A stretch of 64,000 nt of DNA, taken from positions 1,486,157-1,550,156 of the forward strand of contig OZ220471.1 of assembly GCA_965115835.1 (NCBI GenBank), read 5' to 3'. The translations under genes and the position numbers were made by a program. The number at the start of each line of letters is the position of its first letter. Position 1 is the first letter of the stretch. This DNA comes from Gammaproteobacteria bacterium. Lineage in GTDB: Bacteria; Pseudomonadota; Gammaproteobacteria; Steroidobacterales; Foliamicaceae. The notes beneath the pieces are model-generated. The model was not told the DNA's origin. It made no database searches and worked only from the letters and a program-made list of their open reading frames with translations. Positions 48,885-55,766 of the stretch are shown one piece after another.

Positions 48885-49397
48885 GCGCAGTGTGGTGGCC
48901 GAAACCGGTTCCAGTCATTGAAGATGAGCCTCTGTGCGGGGCGGGAATGTTGTTGGAGAAAGCCCGCCGGGTGCTGTTGGGCCGTATTATGCTTCCGTAT
49001 CCCCGCCATGTGTACCCGAGCCGGGCCGCATTTCGGCGTATGAAGGGCGCCTGCAATGCCACCCGGATGCCTTGGCAAGGATTGCGGAATTTTGTAAAGG
49101 TAAAGGCGAGAGGCGCCGCGGATACCGGCGCGCGCTCGCGCTCCGCCGGGGACAGGCATGACCGGGCCTTGTGGTGGAGCGAGCCTGTGCGTGCGCAAGC
49201 ATGGCAGAATCGCCCGGGAACCGGAGGGGCAAACCCGATAGAGGCTGACATTGCAGGCGCCAGGAAGACATGAGATCGGGCAGGACGCCGGAATGCTGCC
49301 GCCCCGATCCGGCGAAACAACGAGTTCAATCAGCGGCCCGGATTGCCCGAACAAGCGCCGGGGCGCGTCGGTCCGCCTGGGTTGGAGGCCTCACAAC

Positions 49398-51095
49398 ATG
49401 ACTATTCCGGCGTTCCGGCGCCTTGCGGTTCTTTTTCCTTTCTCGCTGATGCTGATCGGCTGCGGATCCAGCGAAGGCCGGATGCCGAACCCACCGCTAC
49501 CCCCCCAGCCGGCGCTCGAGGCTCGTCTGGCCGAGTGGGCAGCGAACGACCCGAACAACTGTCGCGCCCGAACACCCGGCTTCGAGGCGCTCGGCGGCTG
49601 GCTGAAGGCCGACGGGCGCGAGCCCGGCGAATCACGCATCTGGGTGCTCGATGTGGGCGCTCTCGACCAACCCCGATCGCACGGGGTGGAGGTGTGGGGA
49701 ACGCTCACCGGTTGTGCGGTACGCGAGGTGCCGGAGAACCGTCACTTCACCGATGACCTCGAACTGGAAGCCGCGTACCGCGCCGACGGGCGCGACGCCA
49801 TCCGCTCGGAATCGCTGGTGGTGCTGTTCGAGGACATTTCCTTCCCCGATCCCGAACCGCTGTCCGCGCGTTTTCCCGAAATGGACGGCGCCCGCGAGGG
49901 GCAGCGTATCCTGTATATCACCAGCGCAGGCAACGACAGTGGCCGGCGGACAGGCGAACTGCAACGACCGGCTTTCCAGGGGGCGCTGGCCGCGGCCGAA
50001 ACGGCCCTGTGGCTGACCATCGGGGGCTACACGGGCACGGGGGAGAATCGCGAACCGGCTTCGGGCAGTTCGGTGTGCGGGGCGGCCGATGCGCTGTGCC
50101 TGTTTGCGCCATGGGAAGGAGAGGGGGCTGGCCACGCCGGCACGTCGCACTCGACCCCCCGGGTCTCCGCCGCCCTGGACGCCGTGTGGGCGGTGTGGCC
50201 GGAGATGGATGTTCTCGATCTCCGCAACCTCGCATTCGACTGCGCGGAGAACAGACCTGCGCGTACGGGCGACCGATCCACCGAACGGACCTATTCGTAC
50301 TCCAACGGCCGCGAGTTCACCTCCACCACCAATTCCACCTGGGGCCACGGGATTCTCTCGCTGACCTGCCTGTTCACGCCGAACGGCGGGCTGCAGAACC
50401 CGATTACCGGCGCGGCGATCTCCGGCGGGATCCACGGCCCGCTGACCGGACCGGTGGTGGATGCTTCGGTCACCGGCGTCGATTACACCGGGCGCGATTT
50501 CGGCCACCCGTTTGCCCGTCCGGTCGCTCGCGAGAACCACGCATTGCTGGCCAGCGCGAGTCTGCGCGCCGCCAGCACGGTTTTCGGCACGGATGCGGGC
50601 CACGCGCCCGATGCGTTTCACGGCAGCCTGTGGCGAAGCGGCGCTTTCCGCGTGGACCTGACGACAGCGGGCGACGCGGTCGGCGCGGCGGTCGGCTGGC
50701 GGAATGGCAACCTGACAGTGCGCGGCGGCCTGGCGATCCAGCCCGAAGGCGTGGGCAGCCTGACCGGATCGCGTGCGTTTCGTGCGCCATCGACCGTATC
50801 CGCTGCGATCACCGCCGCGTACGGCCAGACGCTGCGGGCCGGGTTCTCCGCGCACATCGAGGCGAATCACTGGCGCACCGTGGCCACGCAGGGCCGCTCC
50901 CTGTGGGAAGGCGCGGCTGTGCGTGAATCCCGCCTCGTCGCCGCGCTGGTCAAGCGGGCCGGGGCGCACGAGTTCGCGCTGGAGGGCGTGTGGCAATCGG
51001 GCCTGTCCGGATCGCTGGATGTGGATGGGCGCAACTGGCGACTCGCTCCCGAGGCCGCCCGCAGCGTGTGGCTGACATGGCGCCGGACAGGCTGA
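49398..51095 (+). CDS. Lipoprotein with subtilisin-like (S8) peptidase core and a C-terminal beta-rich domain
   Basis: ATG 49398 after GGAGG. Lipobox LMLIGCGSS. S8-like landmarks VLDVG (Asp), SHGVEVWG (His), TSAGNDSG (Asn), GTSHSTPRVSAAL (Ser). The C-terminal ~200 aa has an alternating pattern that could be a barrel. Confidence 0.6.
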   Translation: MTIPAFRRLAVLFPFSLMLIGCGSSEGRMPNPPLPPQPALEARLAEWAANDPNNCRARTPGFEALGGWLKADGREPGESRIWVLDVGALDQPRSHGVEVWGTLTGCAVREVPENRHFTDDLELEAAYRADGRDAIRSESLVVLFEDISFPDPEPLSARFPEMDGAREGQRILYITSAGNDSGRRTGELQRPAFQGALAAAETALWLTIGGYTGTGENREPASGSSVCGAADALCLFAPWEGEGAGHAGTSHSTPRVSAALDAVWAVWPEMDVLDLRNLAFDCAENRPARTGDRSTERTYSYSNGREFTSTTNSTWGHGILSLTCLFTPNGGLQNPITGAAISGGIHGPLTGPVVDASVTGVDYTGRDFGHPFARPVARENHALLASASLRAASTVFGTDAGHAPDAFHGSLWRSGAFRVDLTTAGDAVGAAVGWRNGNLTVRGGLAIQPEGVGSLTGSRAFRAPSTVSAAITAAYGQTLRAGFSAHIEANHWRTVATQGRSLWEGAAVRESRLVAALVKRAGAHEFALEGVWQSGLSGSLDVDGRNWRLAPEAARSVWLTWRRTG

Positions 51096-51153
51096 AAGTT
51101 CTCCTTCAGGCCAGTCGGTTTCGATTGCGTTATTGCGAGCATCCCGGATCACC

Positions 51154-52830
51154 ATGAGCAACCGGGCTGAACGGGCTGCGAGAAGCAACCCGCAGGGCGC
51201 GATGCTGGATGTCATCGTGGTGGGCGCCGGGTTTGCGGGTGTGTACGCGGTCTACAGGTGCCGGCAATCGGGGTTTTCCGTCCAGGCGTTCGAGGCGGGC
51301 GGCGATGTGGGGGGCACGTGGTACTGGAATCGCTATCCGGGGTGCCGTTGCGACATCGAGAGCATTCATTACTCGTACCAGTTCGACGAGGACCTTCAAC
51401 AGGAGTGGGAGTGGACGGAGCGGTATGCGCCCCAGGCGGAGATTCTTTCCTATATCCGCCATGTGGCCAACCGCTTCGACCTGCGCCGGGACATCCGCTT
51501 CAACACCCGTGTAACGGCGGCCCGATTCGAGAAGGCTTCCGCCACAACGCCCTCGCACTGGACGGTGACGACCGCTGGCGGGCAAACACACAAGGCGCGG
51601 TTCTGCGTCATGGCGACCGGTTGCCTTTCGGCACCCAATCTGCCGGACATTCCCGGGCGCGACCACTTCGCCGGGAAGTCGTATCACACAGGCCGCTGGC
51701 CGCACGAGCAGGTGGACTTCACCAACCTGAGGGTAGCCGTCATCGGCACGGGGTCATCCGGCATCCAGTCGATTCCGGTGATCGCGGAACAGGCCGGGCA
51801 TGTCACAGTGTTCCAGCGCACGCCCAACTACACCGTCCCGGCCGGCAACCGGCCCCTCGATCCGCATGAACTCGGTGAGCTCAAGTCCCGCTACGGGGAG
51901 CTGCGCGCCGCCTCCGGGAAGGGCTTCGCCGCACTGCCTTTCAAGCCGGCGGGCCACTCCGCGCTCGCCGTTTCTGATGCCAAGCGACAGGAGGTGTACG
52001 AGCGCTGGTGGAGCCACCGCGGACTTGCGTTCCAGGGCGCGTTTGCCGACTTGCTGTTCGACGAGGAGGCCAACCGGACCGCGGCGGAATTCGTGCGGCG
52101 CAAGATCCGCGAGCTTGTGAACGACGGGAAGGTGGCCGAACTGTTGACGCCGGACTTCCCGCTGGGCTGCCGGCGCCTGTGCGTGGATACGAACTACTAC
52201 CCGACCTACAACCGGGACAACGTGACCCTGGTGGACCTCGGCCGGGAGCCCATCGACCGCATCGTGCCCGGGGGCGTGCGCACGGGAAGCAGGACGCACG
52301 CGGCAGACGCCATCGTGTTCGCCACTGGATACGACGCCATCACGGGGGCGCTGCTCGCCATGGATATTCGCGGGCGGAACGGCCTGTCGCTGCGGGACAA
52401 GTGGGCGCAAGCTCCCCGCGCCTTCCTGGGACTGGCCGCCTGCGGCTTCCCCAACTTGTTCATGATCAACGGCCCGGGCAGCCCGTCGGTGCTGGTCAAT
52501 ATGGTCACGGGCATCGAGCAGCATGTGGAGTGGATTGCCGATTGCCTGATCCACATGAGAAACCGGGGGCTGGACGCGATCGAGGCCATGGCGCAGCAGG
52601 AAGACGCCTGGGCGGCCCACAACAACGAGGTGGCGGAACGCTCCATACGCGGCAACTGCGCATCCTGGTACACCGGCGCCAATATCCCCGGCAAGCCCGG
52701 AGGCTTCATGCCCTATGTGGGCGGCTTCCCGGCCTACGTGGAAAAATGCAGACAGGTGGTCGAGGAGGGATACGCGGGCTTCGCCTTCTCCCCAAGGCAA
52801 CGCCCCGGTCCATTATCGGCCGCGACCTGA
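51154..52830 (+). CDS. Baeyer-Villiger-type flavin monooxygenase
   Basis: VIVVGAGFAGV, GGTWYWNRYPG, BVMO fingerprint FAGKSYHTGRWP, second Rossmann VAVIGTGSSGIQ. Confidence 0.85.
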   Translation: MSNRAERAARSNPQGAMLDVIVVGAGFAGVYAVYRCRQSGFSVQAFEAGGDVGGTWYWNRYPGCRCDIESIHYSYQFDEDLQQEWEWTERYAPQAEILSYIRHVANRFDLRRDIRFNTRVTAARFEKASATTPSHWTVTTAGGQTHKARFCVMATGCLSAPNLPDIPGRDHFAGKSYHTGRWPHEQVDFTNLRVAVIGTGSSGIQSIPVIAEQAGHVTVFQRTPNYTVPAGNRPLDPHELGELKSRYGELRAASGKGFAALPFKPAGHSALAVSDAKRQEVYERWWSHRGLAFQGAFADLLFDEEANRTAAEFVRRKIRELVNDGKVAELLTPDFPLGCRRLCVDTNYYPTYNRDNVTLVDLGREPIDRIVPGGVRTGSRTHAADAIVFATGYDAITGALLAMDIRGRNGLSLRDKWAQAPRAFLGLAACGFPNLFMINGPGSPSVLVNMVTGIEQHVEWIADCLIHMRNRGLDAIEAMAQQEDAWAAHNNEVAERSIRGNCASWYTGANIPGKPGGFMPYVGGFPAYVEKCRQVVEEGYAGFAFSPRQRPGPLSAAT

Positions 52831-52922
52831 TCCCGGGTTCGGCGGCGCCGGCACCCGGCGCACTCCGTATTCGGTTAAAATCCGGGCCTTTGAGCGAAAA
52901 CCCTCCGAAGGCAGAGAAAAAA

Positions 52923-53861
52923 ATGAGCAAAGAAAAGGGAAAAAGCATAAAAGACATAATTGGTGGGTTATTTGGCATACTCATACTTGCCAGCGTAATC
53001 GCATACTGCTCATCCGATACCGATTCCAAAAGCTCTGACGCTACTACTACCTCTGCTGCCTCACCTACTACCGAAGTAGACCCAGAAGCATTGCAAGCAG
53101 TAGTATCAGGACCAGCACTGGTTATTGATGGAGATTCGATCCTAGTAGCAGGAACCGCATTACCAATCAATAACAAAACAGAATGGGCACTCATCAATGC
53201 GGGCGCCAACACTGATCGAATATGGCACATCAAACTGCGCCATATTGACGCACCGGAATTTGAACAACTGTGCACAGAAGACCCTCGGCTGTACCAGAAG
53301 GACCCTCCGTGGTATACCTGTGGAATTTCGTCATGGTATAGCCTCCGAGGAATGATCGAAAGACCGGAACCGGGCGGCCTCATCTCTGGAGAAAACCGAT
53401 ACGGAATAAGTTATGAGAACTGGGCGAAAAAAGTCTTCGAGAACAACGAAACCAACCTTCCAAAAGCACTATGCCATCTAAATTTCGCAGTACACAACGA
53501 CGAAGGAACCGACGAGGTCGTAGGAAGCTGCTCCGCGATGAACAAGAGCGGCAAGAGTGGCGAAAACCTAAGTCATTGGCAGGTCAGACAAGGACAAGCC
53601 TTGCTGATACACAATGAAAGAGGAACTGATGCAAAAGAAAATTTTGGCCGCTTAGTTCAAATGAAAGAAGAAGAAAGCTACGCCATAAAACATAACTTCG
53701 GAATACATGGAAAAATCATGATGCGACCTTCACAATGGCGCAAGGGAGCACGGTTTCCCAGAAACCAAGAATTTGAAAACATCATCAGCGACAAATACAA
53801 AACTATTCAACGCGAGTACAAACAAGCCCGCGAAAATATGGAACCTGTCACCATCTATTGA
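52923..53861 (+). CDS. Membrane-anchored staphylococcal-nuclease (SNase/thermonuclease)-like protein, on an AT-rich segment
   Basis: N-terminal TM IIGGLFGILILASVIAYC, Ser/Thr linker, VIDGDSILVAG...IKLRHIDAPEFEQLC (SNase DGD...IDAPE pattern), ...RPSQWRKG near the end. My spot counts of G+C are 29/60 (line 52981) and 22/60 (line 53641), far below neighbouring lines. Confidence 0.6.
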   Translation: MSKEKGKSIKDIIGGLFGILILASVIAYCSSDTDSKSSDATTTSAASPTTEVDPEALQAVVSGPALVIDGDSILVAGTALPINNKTEWALINAGANTDRIWHIKLRHIDAPEFEQLCTEDPRLYQKDPPWYTCGISSWYSLRGMIERPEPGGLISGENRYGISYENWAKKVFENNETNLPKALCHLNFAVHNDEGTDEVVGSCSAMNKSGKSGENLSHWQVRQGQALLIHNERGTDAKENFGRLVQMKEEESYAIKHNFGIHGKIMMRPSQWRKGARFPRNQEFENIISDKYKTIQREYKQARENMEPVTIY

Positions 53862-54017
53862 ATTCCCGTCGTCTGCTCTCATCATTGCTCCTCTCTAATC
53901 GCTCTACCGCCCTTCAATTATTCCAAGGGTAGCCGGTGTCTCGACAATGTTGGCGGAAAGGGCTACCCGACCGAATCCAGCCAACGGTGCTCGACTGCCT
54001 GAAGCAAGTGCCGGAGT

Positions 54018-54542
54018 ATGACCGCGCGCCGGAAAATTTTGATCATCGCCGGGCCGAACGGGGCCGGAAAAACGACCTTCGCCACGGCGTTCCTGCCAAA
54101 CGAGGCGGATTGCCCAACCTTTGTCAACGCGGACTCGATTGCCGCGGGATTGAATCCGTTCCGACCCGCTGCAATCGCGTTCCGGGCCGGCCGTCTGATG
54201 GTCGATACGATCCGCAGATACGCGGCCCGAGGAGAGAGTTTCGCCTTCGAGACCACCTTGAGCGGGCGTGGCTATGCCCGTTCGATCCCGCGCTGGCGGG
54301 CGCAGGGTTATCGTGTCAAACTGTTTTTCCTGCGGCTGCCAACACCGGAAATGGCGCTCGCGCGCGTCCGGCGACGGGTTTCGGAGGGCGGGCACGATGT
54401 TCCGGAGTCGGTCGTTCGCCGACGGTTCGCGGCAGGATGGAGCAACTTCGAGCAAGTCTATCGGGATCTGGTTGACGAATGGGCCGTCTACGACATCGCG
54501 GGGCCGGTGCCGGTATTGCTGGCGAAGGGAGAGAACGGATGA
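54018..54542 (+). CDS. Zeta-toxin-like P-loop kinase (AAA_33/Zeta_toxin family)
   Basis: ILIIAGPNGAGKTTFA Walker A, FVNADSIA, FAFETTLSG, RVRRRVSEGGHDVPE. 174 aa. Confidence 0.65.
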   Translation: MTARRKILIIAGPNGAGKTTFATAFLPNEADCPTFVNADSIAAGLNPFRPAAIAFRAGRLMVDTIRRYAARGESFAFETTLSGRGYARSIPRWRAQGYRVKLFFLRLPTPEMALARVRRRVSEGGHDVPESVVRRRFAAGWSNFEQVYRDLVDEWAVYDIAGPVPVLLAKGENG

Positions 54543-54787
54543 CGCCGAAGAATACCGGGCAGGAGAACCCTGATGCGCCCGCGCGCGACCGCGACCCGGA
54601 CATGGCCGGCGCCGGGGCAGCCATGCTGAGGGCAGCCATGGCCGCCCGCCGCCGGGCCGTGGAAAGTGGCGCCGACGCCATCCCCGTGTTCGAGGACGGC
54701 GAGATCGTCTGGATGGAGGTGGACAAGGAATCGCTGGCCCTGCGCCGGCCGCGCGGCAATGTGCAGGGCGGGGGCGAACGGGCATGA
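54539..54787 (+). CDS. Small hypothetical protein (82 aa) ATGA-coupled to the zeta-like gene; possible partner or antitoxin
   Basis: ATG 54539 overlaps the stop at 54540-54542. AMLRAAMAARRRAVESGADAIPVFEDGEIVWMEV resembles small partners I have seen next to such kinases. Weak. Confidence 0.4.
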   Translation: MTPKNTGQENPDAPARDRDPDMAGAGAAMLRAAMAARRRAVESGADAIPVFEDGEIVWMEVDKESLALRRPRGNVQGGGERA

Positions 54788-54914
54788 ACCCGGGCAGTGA
54801 GTGCGGCACGCCCTGCCGTGCCGGAGAGCGCCAGAGCGCTTTCACGGACACATCGCCATGTTGGCGGCCGCCCCGGCGGGACCGGTCGCGGGCGCGCCAA
54901 TCGCTGGCTGGCGC

Positions 54915-55766
54915 TCAGTCGGCCAGGGCCATGACGCCGAGGTAAAGGCTTTCCCGGCCCAGCTCGAAAGACACGGCGGCGCGCCCGGACGACTCCGAGT
55001 TCACTTCCAGCCGATACGGGCTGCTGTTCTTCTCCAGCCCGTCGATCCTGAAGTCGCCGAACATGTCGGTGCGGGTTCGCGCCACCTCGCTGTCGTTGCG
55101 AAGGAGAACGACTTCGGCGCCGGCGGCGCATTCCTCCACACCGTCCTCGGTGGTCACCACCGAGCCGGCCACAAAACACCGCGTGATCCGGTGCATGTTC
55201 CTGTAGTACACGCGCGGCTTCGAGCCGATTTCCGGTTTGAGGACTTCCAGACCCTCCTGTTCCCTGATCCGCTGCATTTCGGCGTCCTCGACCTTGAGCG
55301 AGCGAAACACGCCGGTGGGGCAGCTCTGCTCGATGCGGGGCTTCGTCCAGCCTTCGTCGAGCAGGTGCGCATCGAAGAACCAAGCCTGCGGAACCTGCTC
55401 CTCCTCGTTCCAGAAGACCGCATGGTACGGGCAGGCATCCACGATTTCCTTCTGCCCTCTGGCCTTCTTCGGATCGATAAGCACGATGCCGTCCGCGCGC
55501 TTGGTAATCGCGCCGTTCCTGGCGACCTTCATGCAGGGCGCATCGTCGCAGTGGTTGCACATCACCGGCATGAAGTGCGCCTCCACGGCCGGCCAGCGGC
55601 CGCGCTCGTGGCGCTTCACATCCACCCAGCTGTGTCCGCGCTCCGGCTGCGGGGCCGAATAGCCCGGGAACTCGTTGCCGATGTGTTCGTCCTTGGTGGC
55701 CAGAAAGCAGTTGCGGCAGTTGTCGCAGCGCGCGATATCCACGATCAGGTTCCACTTCCTCGCCAT
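54915..55766 (-). CDS. 4Fe-4S subunit of a pyrogallol-transhydroxylase-like molybdoenzyme (BthL-like)
   Basis: MARKWNLIVDIARCDNCRNC, MCNHCDDAPC, CPYHAVFWN, CPTGVF, then a carboxypeptidase-regulatory-like beta-sandwich (GSVVTTEDG...GDFRIDGL). The ATG at 55766 shares 1 nt with the upstream stop. Confidence 0.8.
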   Translation of the reverse strand: MARKWNLIVDIARCDNCRNCFLATKDEHIGNEFPGYSAPQPERGHSWVDVKRHERGRWPAVEAHFMPVMCNHCDDAPCMKVARNGAITKRADGIVLIDPKKARGQKEIVDACPYHAVFWNEEEQVPQAWFFDAHLLDEGWTKPRIEQSCPTGVFRSLKVEDAEMQRIREQEGLEVLKPEIGSKPRVYYRNMHRITRCFVAGSVVTTEDGVEECAAGAEVVLLRNDSEVARTRTDMFGDFRIDGLEKNSSPYRLEVNSESSGRAAVSFELGRESLYLGVMALAD

